From IMG/VR virus record IMGVR_UViG_3300017779_000001: a DNA stretch of 64,000 bases; one strand, given 5' to 3'. Source of the stretch: a virus. Position 1 is the first letter of the stretch. Every line of letters begins with the position of its first letter. Position numbers and translations under genes: made by a program. Positions 11,659 to 21,420 of the stretch are shown here, one piece after another. The notes beneath the pieces were generated by a model. The model was not told the origin of the DNA. It saw nothing but the letters and a program-made list of their open reading frames with translations, and made no database searches.

Positions 11659-11879
11659 TGAGTACAATGAAAGAACTAGCAAGAGTACAAGGAGAACAAC
11701 ATCTTTTTAGAGATGAAGAATCAGGTGCTATAATAAGTAATGATAGTCAAACACTTGCAATTTATAAGAAAAGAAAAACAGTGTTTCAAAATCAAATAAA
11801 TGAAATAAATACTCTTAGAGAAGAGATAAATGAAATTAAAGAATTTTTGAGGAATATAACAAATGGCCAAAACAGTTAG
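11658..11879 (+). CDS. small conserved hypothetical protein with C-terminal coiled coil
   Basis: LFRDEESGAIIS...EINTLREEINEIKEFL; start overlaps the upstream stop (TAATG). Confidence 0.65.
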   Translation: MSTMKELARVQGEQHLFRDEESGAIISNDSQTLAIYKKRKTVFQNQINEINTLREEINEIKEFLRNITNGQNS

Positions 11880-14616
11880 TCAACATAGTACACTCGAAGA
11901 GTGGAGACAGTCGTATAACGAACTAGCATCAGATGTTGGGGATATTGGTGGTTTACGTACTCAAGATAAAACTACACTTGTTGATGCAGTAAACGATTTA
12001 AGAGATAGAGAATTCTTTTTCCAAGGATTTATTTACACTGCAACTGGTGGTCAAACAGTATTCGAAGGTGCAGACAGTTCATCCGACCAAAATGAATTAG
12101 AGTTTAGAGACCATAGATTCCTCGTATTCAAAAACGGTGAATTACAACAACTCTCAACAGATTTCACAATATCAAATGTAAATGCAAACGGTAATCACAC
12201 TAGAGTTACACTTACATCGGGTGCAACTAATAATGATATTATCAGAGTGGTTGCATTTACAGGTTCATTCCTTGATGTCGCAGGTCAAGCTGCAGTACAA
12301 ACGTTTTGGACTGAAACATTAGAGAACACAATTTACAATAACAACGATAGTGGTGTTATTATTAATGGTGACATCGGTTCAGTTGTCACAGAATTACAAT
12401 CAGGTTACGTAGTTCAGATAGAAGGTAAAACATTCATCAATGGTGATGTAGACCTTGATACAGGTCATACCCTATCTGCACCTACACTTACAGACAACAC
12501 ACTATCAATTAATCAAGGAAACGTCACAGGGGGTGTCACAGGAGACTTCAGTGGTGATTTCAACGTAGGTAATTTAGATGTCGGTGGTGGTTTCAATTCA
12601 ACAGGAGTATCGATTACATCTACTGGTAACATCAATGCAAACGGTAGTGCAGAGATTGATGGAAACCTAAACGTAGATGGTTTAACAACATTAGATGGAA
12701 CAACAATTGATGGTAATCTAGACCTTAATGGTAATCTAGATGCATCAGGAACAGGACACATCGGTGGTAACTTTGATGTCAATACTGATAAGTTTACAGT
12801 TGCATCAGCAACAGGTAACACTGCAGTAGCAGGAAGATTAGATGTAACTGGTAATCTAGATGTTGATGGTGCAACAACTACAGATGGAATACACAACGTA
12901 GGTTCTTTAAATCAAGATGGAAGTGTGGACATTTCAACTACACTAGAGGTACATGGAGCTGTAGATTTTAACTCTACTCTAACTGTAGATGGTCAATCTA
13001 ATCTCAATGGTCATGTAAACTTGGGTAATGCATCTACTGATACAGTTACATTCAATGGTGTACTTGATAGTGACATCGTTCCCGATGGAGATAGTTCAAG
13101 AGACTTAGGTACAAACAGTGTTAGATTTTCAAATGCATATATCGATACTACAACAGGTAACCTAGTCGGTAATGCAAGTACAGCTACAACTTTAGAAACT
13201 GCAAGAGATATAGGTGGTGTATCCTTTGACGGAAGTGCAAGTATCAATTTGCCTGGCGTCAACCAATCAGGTAATCAGGACACATCAGGAAACGCTGCAA
13301 GTGCAACTGTATTAGAGACTGCAAGAAATATATCAGGTGTATCTTTTGATGGAAGTGCAGACATAGAATTAAATACTTCTCACATTGATGAAAACGTTGC
13401 AAACCTTTATTTTACAAATGCAAGAGCAGATGCAAGAATAACAAATGCTATTGATACAGACAATACTTTTGCAGATGCATCAAACACTTTAGTTCCTTCA
13501 CAGTTAGCAGTCAAATCATACGTTGATTCACAATTAGATTTACAAGACGAACTAAGTGAGATGAGTGGAGACTCAAGTGATATTACAGAACACGCAACAA
13601 CAAATTTATTCTTTACAAATGCAAGAGCAGATGCAAGGATAACAGCTGCAAGTGTTGGAGATTTAAGTGATGTGGACATTACAGGTGTTGCAGCTGGTCA
13701 AGCACTTACATGGAGTGCAAGTAATAATAGGTTCGAACCCACAACACTTGGTAGTTCTACCGACAGTTTTGCAGAAGGGTCATCAAACCTTTACTTCACA
13801 AATGAAAGAGCAAGAGATGCTGTTGCAAGTTTAATAGTAAATTCAAACAGTGTTAGCAATGGTCTTAATGCAACATATAACGATAATGATAATGCTGAAG
13901 GTACATTAGAACTCGATGTTGACCCCGAATATATCAGAGACACAACTGCATCATTCATCACTGGTGGAACACATAGTGGTATCTCATTTACTCACGATGA
14001 TAATAATGATAAATTAAATGCATCTATATCAATAAGTGGTTTTGACACAAATGATTTAAGCGAAGGTGAAACTAATCTTTACTTTACAAATGCAAGAGCA
14101 GATGCTAGAATCGCAGCTGCTAATACAAGTGACTTGTCAGAAGACCCCGATGCAACTGGTTCAAGTGGTACAATGTACTTCACAGACGAAAGAGCTCGTG
14201 ACGCTGCAGCAGCCATGATTACTAGTGGTACACACAGTAACATTACAGTCAATTATAATGACACTGCAAATACACTTTCGTTCTCTGCAGCTGCACAATA
14301 CGCAGACTCAGATGCAAGAGGAGCTTTATCAGGTGGGCCAGGTATTGATTACAATACATCAACTGGTAAAATTTCTGCAGACCTAAATGCAAGTGGTGGA
14401 TTAGAGTTCCATGCAGCTGGTGATGGTGGTGAGATAAGATTGAAATCTTCAGTGGCAGGTAATGGTCTTGCACATAGTAGTGGTGTTCTCTCTATAAATA
14501 CAAGGAAAGGTGTAAAAATAGATTCAGATTTTGTTGAATCAGATTATGAAGTAGTTTCAACAGCACCCTCAAGTGTCAGTGGTACAAACGATGGACATTT
14601 GTGGTATGTGGTGTAA
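11863..14616 (+). CDS. tail fibre-like structural protein
   Basis: N-terminal TLEEWRQSYNEL; Gly/Asn/Asp-rich beta repeats; two GNAxxATxLETARxIxGVSFDGSA units; five (N/T)xYFTxxRA-type repeats; C-terminal DGHLWYVV. Confidence 0.75.
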   Translation: MAKTVSQHSTLEEWRQSYNELASDVGDIGGLRTQDKTTLVDAVNDLRDREFFFQGFIYTATGGQTVFEGADSSSDQNELEFRDHRFLVFKNGELQQLSTDFTISNVNANGNHTRVTLTSGATNNDIIRVVAFTGSFLDVAGQAAVQTFWTETLENTIYNNNDSGVIINGDIGSVVTELQSGYVVQIEGKTFINGDVDLDTGHTLSAPTLTDNTLSINQGNVTGGVTGDFSGDFNVGNLDVGGGFNSTGVSITSTGNINANGSAEIDGNLNVDGLTTLDGTTIDGNLDLNGNLDASGTGHIGGNFDVNTDKFTVASATGNTAVAGRLDVTGNLDVDGATTTDGIHNVGSLNQDGSVDISTTLEVHGAVDFNSTLTVDGQSNLNGHVNLGNASTDTVTFNGVLDSDIVPDGDSSRDLGTNSVRFSNAYIDTTTGNLVGNASTATTLETARDIGGVSFDGSASINLPGVNQSGNQDTSGNAASATVLETARNISGVSFDGSADIELNTSHIDENVANLYFTNARADARITNAIDTDNTFADASNTLVPSQLAVKSYVDSQLDLQDELSEMSGDSSDITEHATTNLFFTNARADARITAASVGDLSDVDITGVAAGQALTWSASNNRFEPTTLGSSTDSFAEGSSNLYFTNERARDAVASLIVNSNSVSNGLNATYNDNDNAEGTLELDVDPEYIRDTTASFITGGTHSGISFTHDDNNDKLNASISISGFDTNDLSEGETNLYFTNARADARIAAANTSDLSEDPDATGSSGTMYFTDERARDAAAAMITSGTHSNITVNYNDTANTLSFSAAAQYADSDARGALSGGPGIDYNTSTGKISADLNASGGLEFHAAGDGGEIRLKSSVAGNGLAHSSGVLSINTRKGVKIDSDFVESDYEVVSTAPSSVSGTNDGHLWYVV

Positions 14617-14639
14617 TGGGACACAGAGGTGAACATTAA

Positions 14640-16880
14640 ATGTCAAATGAAACATATATTAATACAGGGACTAGTTTTCAACAACCCTTCAATGATAGAA
14701 GACCTGTACAACAAAGTTACCAATATAACAATCAAGAAAATAGACAGAGACCTGTACAACAAAATTATCAGTACAACAACGTAGAGAATAGACAGAGACC
14801 TGCTAGACAATCGTATCAATACAATAACGTAGAGAACAGACAAAGACCAGCTAGACAGTCATATCAATACAATAACGTAGAGAGCAGACAGAGACCAACA
14901 AGACAGTCTTATCAGTACCATAATAGAGTACAACAAAATACTCAACAAGATTACACTTATCATAATAGGACACAACAACCTAATCAGCAGAACTATACCT
15001 ATCATAATAGAGTAGATAGACAACGTCCTGTACAACAAAATTATCAGTATCATAATAGAGTAAATAGACAAAGACCTGCTCGACAACCTTACACTTATCA
15101 CAACCGTGTTCAACAAGATACTCAGCAAACTTATCAGTATCATAATAGGATTCCAACCACTACTCAACAAGAATACACTTATCACAATCGTGTTCAACAA
15201 AATACTCAACAAACGTATGTGTACCATAATAGAATACAAGAAAGCACTCAGCAAAATTATCAGTACAACAACGTAGAGTCAAAACAAAGACCTGTTAGGA
15301 ATCAAGCACACCAAAATTACATTCATTACATGCAAGTTTATGGGGGTTCAGGAGATACAGCTGCTATTAAGATGGAAACACCATATGGTCAGGTAACTAA
15401 TACGATACCATCTTTTGAGTTCATGGGGTTTCCAATGCAAGAACAACGTACCGTAAGTGGAAGTCAATATACGTTCCAAGCAAGACAAGCATCGGGTAAT
15501 GCACATGAAGGAGACTCATTTAGGGGTGCAATGTTCTTCAGAGGGCCACAGTATAGCTTACAAGGAACTCAGTCACCATACTATGAAGGTGCGGGGCCAC
15601 AGGGAAATCATACAAATTATACACAGTGGGAGATGCAAGGATTTTCTTTTGAGGGACAGTTCCAAAGACAATGGACAGGACGTTTAAGATACACAGGAAA
15701 GAATACTAAGTTTGCAGCTCACATGGAAGCTACTGATACTGTGCAAAACCAAACCGTCCCCAATCCTCAAAGACAAGGACATCCTCAGGGACAGGGGAAT
15801 CAAGGACTTGAATTTCTTTCTCAACATCCAAATAATTCTCAATATGGAATTACAATTACCAGTGGTCAGTATACAAGATTGGGGTGGGAACATGAGGGGT
15901 CATTTAATTCTCAGGTTCAATCACCAGTTAACCCCCGAAATATTCCTCAAACAGCGTTGAGAAATAAAGGAACCTTTGTAAGAGTGAGACCCCGTGGTTA
16001 TGCAAGACAAGAACAATTTACTACAGGTGTTGCTTTAGATTTTGCATCAGTAGCTGCACAAGGTCTTGATTATCAGGTACCTACTGCAAATCTTAATGAT
16101 AAACAACAACCTGCTCAACAAACTTATTCATACCATAATCAATTACCTAGAAGAAGACCCGTTAGAACTCAACGAAACGAAGATTCAGATAGACAAAGAC
16201 CAGTAAGAGTACAAACACTTTCATCTGAAACAAAACGTAGACCAACTACAGTACAACAATTACAACGTGTATCTAGACGAAGACCAGTTAGAAATCAAGT
16301 CAATCAGGCTAATGAACAACAAAGAAATATACAACAAACATATCAGTATAATAATATTGTAACTAAACAACGTCCTGTACAACAAACTTATCCATATAAT
16401 AATGTTGAGACTAGACAAAGACCTGTTAGAAATCAAGTTAATGAAGATGTGACTAGACAAAGACCTGCTAGGGTTGCAGTATTACAAAGAGTTTCTAGAC
16501 AAAAGAATTTGCAACAAACATATTCTTATCACAATCAGGTTCCTAGAAGAAAATCTGTACAACAGACTTATAGTTATCATAACAGAGTAACAAGACAAAA
16601 GAATTTACAACAGACTTATAGTTATCATAATCAGGTTCCAAGACGTAGACCAGTACAACAGACTTATAATTATCATAATCAGGTTCCAAGACGTAGACCA
16701 GTGAGACAACCATTCCCTTCAACAAGACCTATAGGGCCTCTTGCAAAGGTTAAACAAATTTGGATTAATGAAGGTGGAGTGTTAAGAAAAATGGATGAAG
16801 TGTACTTAAATGATAGTGGAACATTGAAAAAGACTCATCAAAGTGTACCAACTTCTCAATTAACAGACCCGAACACTTAA
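14640..16880 (+). CDS. mirror-repeat (RxRP / YxY[HN]N) protein A, putative hairpin fibre with central tip domain
   Basis: 746-aa ORF; two arms of 14/16-aa repeats flank a non-repetitive domain homologous to that of 24074-28222; lies in the fibre gene block. Confidence 0.7.
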   Translation: MSNETYINTGTSFQQPFNDRRPVQQSYQYNNQENRQRPVQQNYQYNNVENRQRPARQSYQYNNVENRQRPARQSYQYNNVESRQRPTRQSYQYHNRVQQNTQQDYTYHNRTQQPNQQNYTYHNRVDRQRPVQQNYQYHNRVNRQRPARQPYTYHNRVQQDTQQTYQYHNRIPTTTQQEYTYHNRVQQNTQQTYVYHNRIQESTQQNYQYNNVESKQRPVRNQAHQNYIHYMQVYGGSGDTAAIKMETPYGQVTNTIPSFEFMGFPMQEQRTVSGSQYTFQARQASGNAHEGDSFRGAMFFRGPQYSLQGTQSPYYEGAGPQGNHTNYTQWEMQGFSFEGQFQRQWTGRLRYTGKNTKFAAHMEATDTVQNQTVPNPQRQGHPQGQGNQGLEFLSQHPNNSQYGITITSGQYTRLGWEHEGSFNSQVQSPVNPRNIPQTALRNKGTFVRVRPRGYARQEQFTTGVALDFASVAAQGLDYQVPTANLNDKQQPAQQTYSYHNQLPRRRPVRTQRNEDSDRQRPVRVQTLSSETKRRPTTVQQLQRVSRRRPVRNQVNQANEQQRNIQQTYQYNNIVTKQRPVQQTYPYNNVETRQRPVRNQVNEDVTRQRPARVAVLQRVSRQKNLQQTYSYHNQVPRRKSVQQTYSYHNRVTRQKNLQQTYSYHNQVPRRRPVQQTYNYHNQVPRRRPVRQPFPSTRPIGPLAKVKQIWINEGGVLRKMDEVYLNDSGTLKKTHQSVPTSQLTDPNT
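14718..15305 (+). repeat. N-arm coding repeats of protein A (42/48-nt units)
   Basis: unit lengths in aa, anchored on YxY[HN]N: 16,16,16,16,14,14,16,16,14,14,14,14,(16). Confidence 0.9.
16101..16688 (+). repeat. C-arm coding repeats of protein A
   Basis: unit lengths in aa, anchored on RxRP-like motif: 16,14,14,14,14,16,16,14,14,16,16,16,16. Confidence 0.9.
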
Positions 16881-16885
16881 AGTTG

Positions 16886-16893
16886 TATAAATA
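16886..16893 (+). promoter_or_regulatory. T4-type late promoter TATAAATA
   Basis: exact consensus 5 nt before the ATG at 16899. Confidence 0.8.
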
Positions 16894-16898
16894 GTTAT

Positions 16899-17231
16899 AT
16901 GGCAATCATAGCAAACATATTTATAGACCAAGGTACCGATTTCGAAGTTACTATCGATGTCTCTGATACCAGTGACAATATCATAGACTTATCAGGGTAC
17001 ACTGCCTCTGCACAAATAAGAAAAACATATGGTTCTGAAACCATTGCAGAAACTTTTGGTACATCCATAACTGCATCAACTGGTAAGGTAACACTTACTC
17101 TTACGGATACTCAAACCACTGGTTTGAAAAGTGGTAGATATGTTTATGATTTAGTAATAACAGATGCCTCAGGAACAAAGACTAGAGTCATTGAGGGACA
17201 AGCAATAATAACACCCGGCGTAACAAGGTAG
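16899..17231 (+). CDS. conserved virion structural protein (Ig-like adaptor type)
   Basis: ANIFIDQGTDF...DLSGYTASAQIRK...GRYVYDLVI...TRVIEG...TPGVT pattern common in T4-like phage fibre regions. Confidence 0.7.
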   Translation: MAIIANIFIDQGTDFEVTIDVSDTSDNIIDLSGYTASAQIRKTYGSETIAETFGTSITASTGKVTLTLTDTQTTGLKSGRYVYDLVITDASGTKTRVIEGQAIITPGVTR

Positions 17232-17241
17232 GGTTTATAAA

Positions 17242-17493
17242 ATGGCTATAAAAGCAAAGATATCAGGGAACGCAAGTAACGTGACATTAAAATCAAGACT
17301 ATTACAATCAACAGGCATTAAAGCAAAGCAAGTTGCAATCGGAGACTCTTCTACTGGAGGAGGTAGTAGTGTAAATTCGATAAGTGATATCGCAGACGTG
17401 AATGCAACAGAAACCGATAAAGGTTTACTAAACTATAATGCTGAAACAGATAGATGGGAAACCACTACAGTTATTGATGGTGGAACATTCTAG
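17242..17493 (+). CDS. small structural protein ending in IDGGTF
   Basis: ORF with ISDIADVN and LLNYNAETDRWE motifs and C-terminal DGGTF. Confidence 0.6.
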   Translation: MAIKAKISGNASNVTLKSRLLQSTGIKAKQVAIGDSSTGGGSSVNSISDIADVNATETDKGLLNYNAETDRWETTTVIDGGTF

Positions 17494-17496
17494 TAT

Positions 17497-17504
17497 TATA
17501 AATA
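17497..17504 (+). promoter_or_regulatory. T4-type late promoter TATAAATA
   Basis: exact consensus opening a 138-nt leader. Confidence 0.75.
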
Positions 17505-17642
17505 CTTACACAAATCAAGGTGTCAGACAGTGAGACACGACCCACATTGTGAGTGGACTGCAATATAATGATAATCTAATTCTATACAAATAGAATTTAC
17601 GTAAATTTTAAAACAATATATTAATTTTTTCAGGAGAAAAAA

Positions 17643-19244
17643 ATGGCAACAGTAATTCAAATTAAAAGGTCTACTGGTAGTGCTAATCCCGCAATTTCTG
17701 ATTTAGCAGAAAGTGAATTAGCCTACGTTCAGGATAGGTCAGGAACTGGTGCGAACGCAACTCTCTTCATAGAATCACATGACGGTACAAGTGCAGTTAT
17801 TCACGAAATCGGTGGTAAGTACTATACAGACATGTTGGCTGGTTCAACACCAACACCTTCAGACTTCATAGTAGGTAACGGTGCAACAGCTGGTGCATCT
17901 ATTAAGTTGAGAGAAGATTCAGACAACGGAACAAATTTCGTTGCTCTAAAATCACCCGACACATTGGGTTCAAACCTCACATTAACATTACCATCTTCAG
18001 ATGGTTCAAACGGACAAGTACTTGGAACCGATGGTTCAGGAGCATTGTCTTTCGTATCAACAACTTCATCAATCGCAGGTGCATCTGATACAGATATTTC
18101 AGCACCAGCATCAGGACACATTCTTGTCCATGACGGTTCAGACTCATTTGATAACGTAGCAGTTTCAGGTGACGTAACACTTGCATCTAATGGTGCAATG
18201 ACAATCGGTTCAGGTGTAGTTGAAAATGGCATGATAGCTGCAGACGCAGTAACAGGTGCTAAAATCGCAGACGACGCTATTGATTCAGAACATCTTGCAG
18301 ATGGTTCAATCGATACAGCTCACATTGCAAATGGACAAGTAACATTTGGTAAACTTGCAGCTGCAGCGGTTGTAATCGAATCAGAAGGTATCGGTTCAAA
18401 CGATAACGACACAACAATTCCTACTTCAGCGGCAGTAAAAAACTATGTTGATACTAACGTAACAGCACAAGATGTAGACTTTGCTGGTGATTCAGGAACA
18501 GGTGCAGTCGATTTAGATTCACAATCACTTACAATTCAAGGTACAAATAACGAAATTGAAACAAGTGCAAGTGGACAAACTTTAACAGTTGGTCTACCTA
18601 ACGATGTAACTATTTCAAATAACTTAACAGTTTCAGGAAACTTAATATCAGACGATATTACAACTGCAACATTAACAACTTCAGGTAACCTTACAGTAAC
18701 AGGTAACTTAAGTGTTAACGGTACAACAACAACTGTTAATTCAACAACAGTATCAATTGCAGACCCAATTTTTGAAATTGGTGATGATAGTTCAGATGAT
18801 AATCTAGACAGAGGTATCAAATTTAAGTACAACTCAGGTGGTACTAAACTTGGGTTCTTTGGTATGGACGATACAGATGCTAAATTTAAGTTTATTGCAG
18901 ATGCAACAGACACAAGTTCAGTATTCTCAGGTTCACTAGGTAACGTTGCATTCGGTAATGCCGAAGTAGCAGCTTTATCATTAAGTGGTTCTATCTCATC
19001 ATACGCAGGGTCAGCTCCAACAGACGGTCAAATCTTAATTGGTGACACTTCAGGTGGAGTATTCGATGCAGCTACATTGACAGCTGGTGAAGCAATAACT
19101 ATTACTAATGGTGCTGGTGCAATTACACTAGCTGCTGAAGACGCAACTACATCTAATAAAGGTGTTGCATCTTTCTCAAGTAATAACTTCACTGTTTCAA
19201 GTGGTGCTGTAACCGTTACTGCAATTGACGGTGGTACATTTTAA
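17643..19244 (+). CDS. tail fibre-like protein
   Basis: MATVIQIKRS start, LTLPSSDGSNGQVLGTDGSG, short pentapeptide-like repeats, LSVNGTTTTVNSTTVSIADP, C-terminal IDGGTF; SD CAGGAG. Confidence 0.75.
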   Translation: MATVIQIKRSTGSANPAISDLAESELAYVQDRSGTGANATLFIESHDGTSAVIHEIGGKYYTDMLAGSTPTPSDFIVGNGATAGASIKLREDSDNGTNFVALKSPDTLGSNLTLTLPSSDGSNGQVLGTDGSGALSFVSTTSSIAGASDTDISAPASGHILVHDGSDSFDNVAVSGDVTLASNGAMTIGSGVVENGMIAADAVTGAKIADDAIDSEHLADGSIDTAHIANGQVTFGKLAAAAVVIESEGIGSNDNDTTIPTSAAVKNYVDTNVTAQDVDFAGDSGTGAVDLDSQSLTIQGTNNEIETSASGQTLTVGLPNDVTISNNLTVSGNLISDDITTATLTTSGNLTVTGNLSVNGTTTTVNSTTVSIADPIFEIGDDSSDDNLDRGIKFKYNSGGTKLGFFGMDDTDAKFKFIADATDTSSVFSGSLGNVAFGNAEVAALSLSGSISSYAGSAPTDGQILIGDTSGGVFDAATLTAGEAITITNGAGAITLAAEDATTSNKGVASFSSNNFTVSSGAVTVTAIDGGTF

Positions 19245-19269
19245 TTAGTAGTTATAACTTGGAGGAAGC

Positions 19270-20094
19270 ATGGCAACAGTAATTCAGTTTAAACGTTCAG
19301 CTACTCAGAACGCTGTTCCTAATACTGGTGATTTATCACTAGGGGAATTAGCTGTAAACACTTATCACGGTAGGTTTTACACTGAGAAGAATGACGGTTC
19401 TGCATCTGTAGTCGAATTAGGTTCAAACCCAACGAGTTTGACACTCAATGATGCTTACTCTTTTCCAACCAGTGATGGTTCGGCAAACCAAGTACTTAAA
19501 ACCGATGGAAGTGGTACATTAACATTTGCTAACGCAGGTAATGTGTATTCCACGTTCACATATAGTGTAACAGGAAACCAAACAGTATTTACTGGAAATG
19601 ATGACAATGGTAATTCATTATCATATACATCAGGTGGTGAAAACGTATACTTAAACGGTGTTAAGTTGATTGGGGGTGGTACAGATTATACAACTACTAA
19701 CTCAACCACTATCACTTTAACAGAAAACGCAGTAAGTGGAGATACATTAGTAATTAATAATATCTCTAACACTAGTGATTTAGTTGAAGGTAACCATACA
19801 GAATCATCGTTCACTGCAACGACAGCTGACCAACTTTTACAGTCAGTTTCAACATCAATTAAGAGTATAAGATTTTTTGTGACAGCAACACACGCTTCAG
19901 CAGGAACTCACTCTTGTGATGTTATCATTGCAAATGATGGTACTAATGCATATTATTCACAGTTTGGTGATGTCCATACTGGTAACTCTTTGTTTACATT
20001 GAGTGTAGATGTTAATTCAGGAAATATGAGATTACTCGTAACTCCTGCTAACACTAATACCACAATAGACACGTTCCAAATTAGACATTCATAA
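19270..20094 (+). CDS. fibre-associated structural protein
   Basis: MATVIQFKRS...LGELAVNT N-terminus; VYLNGVKL...DYT domain; C-terminal beta domain shared with the next two genes. Confidence 0.7.
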   Translation: MATVIQFKRSATQNAVPNTGDLSLGELAVNTYHGRFYTEKNDGSASVVELGSNPTSLTLNDAYSFPTSDGSANQVLKTDGSGTLTFANAGNVYSTFTYSVTGNQTVFTGNDDNGNSLSYTSGGENVYLNGVKLIGGGTDYTTTNSTTITLTENAVSGDTLVINNISNTSDLVEGNHTESSFTATTADQLLQSVSTSIKSIRFFVTATHASAGTHSCDVIIANDGTNAYYSQFGDVHTGNSLFTLSVDVNSGNMRLLVTPANTNTTIDTFQIRHS

Positions 20095-20107
20095 GGAGGA
20101 TTAGAAC

Positions 20108-20518
20108 ATGGCAAAATCAAATGCATTTAAATTAGCTGAACTAATCCGTGGGATTCAATTCGATGTTGACAATGATAAAATTGTTACAGCGAAAAAAGTT
20201 GAAACCAAAAATACTAAGAGAGAGTCATCTACGACAACATCGACAGATGCATTCTCATTAGATACCTTTGCAAAAGCAACCTACAGGGCTGCAAGATATA
20301 TTGTAGTAATGTCTAAAGGTACGGATTACCATTCTACAGAAGTTATGTTAGTACATGATGGTACTACAGTTACTTTAACTCAGTACGGTACATTGAAGTC
20401 AACACCGTTAGCTACATTTGACGCAGATATTTCGGGAGATGACGTAAGATTACGTGTGACCCCAGCATCAAATGCTAGTACAACGTTCAAATTTGACAGA
20501 ACAGTAGTAGACGCGTAA
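20108..20518 (+). CDS. structural protein (beta-sandwich domain paralogous to neighbours)
   Basis: LDTFAKATYRAARY...EVMLVHDGTTV...QYG; SD AGGAGG. Confidence 0.65.
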   Translation: MAKSNAFKLAELIRGIQFDVDNDKIVTAKKVETKNTKRESSTTTSTDAFSLDTFAKATYRAARYIVVMSKGTDYHSTEVMLVHDGTTVTLTQYGTLKSTPLATFDADISGDDVRLRVTPASNASTTFKFDRTVVDA

Positions 20519-20536
20519 CAGTTCAGAGAACTAATT

Positions 20537-20565
20537 AAGGGGGAACTTAGGTTCCCCTTTTTTTT
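20537..20565 (+). terminator. intrinsic terminator
   Basis: GGGGAAC-TTAG-GTTCCCC stem-loop followed by T8. Confidence 0.9.
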
Positions 20566-20618
20566 GCCCTTACAAAATGCATAAATAGTATTAGATTCAA
20601 CATTATGGATTATATTAA

Positions 20619-21365
20619 ATGGGAATAAAGAAGAAATTTTTAGCAGACTACGGTGAAGAAATACATGGTGACTTAGATGTTACTGGAGATGTTTCTGTGT
20701 CAGGTGGTTTGACAATATTAGGAACAACGACTACTATAGATTCGGTTACCAAATCGGTTGATACATCTATGTTTGAACTTGCTAATGCAAATACATCCCA
20801 AGACTTGATTGACTTTGGTATATACGGTAACTATAATGACGGTCTATCAGATGGAGGTGCAAGTGAGTTTTCAGGTTTGTTTAGAGATGCAACTGATTCC
20901 ACATGGAAATTATTTGATGGACTAGAAATAGAACCGACAACAACAGTAGACACTGAAGGAACTGGATGGTCTTTTGCAGACCTAAAGGTAGGTGATTTAG
21001 AATCGACAGGAACATTAACTGCAGTAGGGCCACTCAACTTACAGAATTTAAGAATGGATGCAAACAATACATTGACTACTACTGCAACAGATGAGGTAGA
21101 ACTAGATAGTTTTCCATTGTTATCATATAGAAGTGGAAAATATCATGTACAAGCTTCACAAGGAACAAATTTTCATGCATGTGAAATTATGGTAATACAT
21201 GATTCATCAAGTGCATCACACCAAGTGTATGGAAGTGTAACCACAAATGGAGAGTTGTTTACAACATCAGTAGATACAAATTCAGGAGATGTCAGAGTCA
21301 AAGTTACACCATCATCATCGAGTTCAACAGTATTCAAAATAAGTAGAAATTTATTAACAGTATGA
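20619..21365 (+). CDS. fibre-associated structural protein
   Basis: LTILGTTTTIDS and GLFRDATDSTWKLF fibre motifs plus the C-terminal domain shared with 20108-20518; CATAAATA late-promoter variant at 20580. Confidence 0.65.
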   Translation: MGIKKKFLADYGEEIHGDLDVTGDVSVSGGLTILGTTTTIDSVTKSVDTSMFELANANTSQDLIDFGIYGNYNDGLSDGGASEFSGLFRDATDSTWKLFDGLEIEPTTTVDTEGTGWSFADLKVGDLESTGTLTAVGPLNLQNLRMDANNTLTTTATDEVELDSFPLLSYRSGKYHVQASQGTNFHACEIMVIHDSSSASHQVYGSVTTNGELFTTSVDTNSGDVRVKVTPSSSSSTVFKISRNLLTV

Positions 21366-21420
21366 TAACCTTTAGGGGATTGGTTCTCCTAAATACATTC
21401 ATACAAACAGGGGATTTTTA

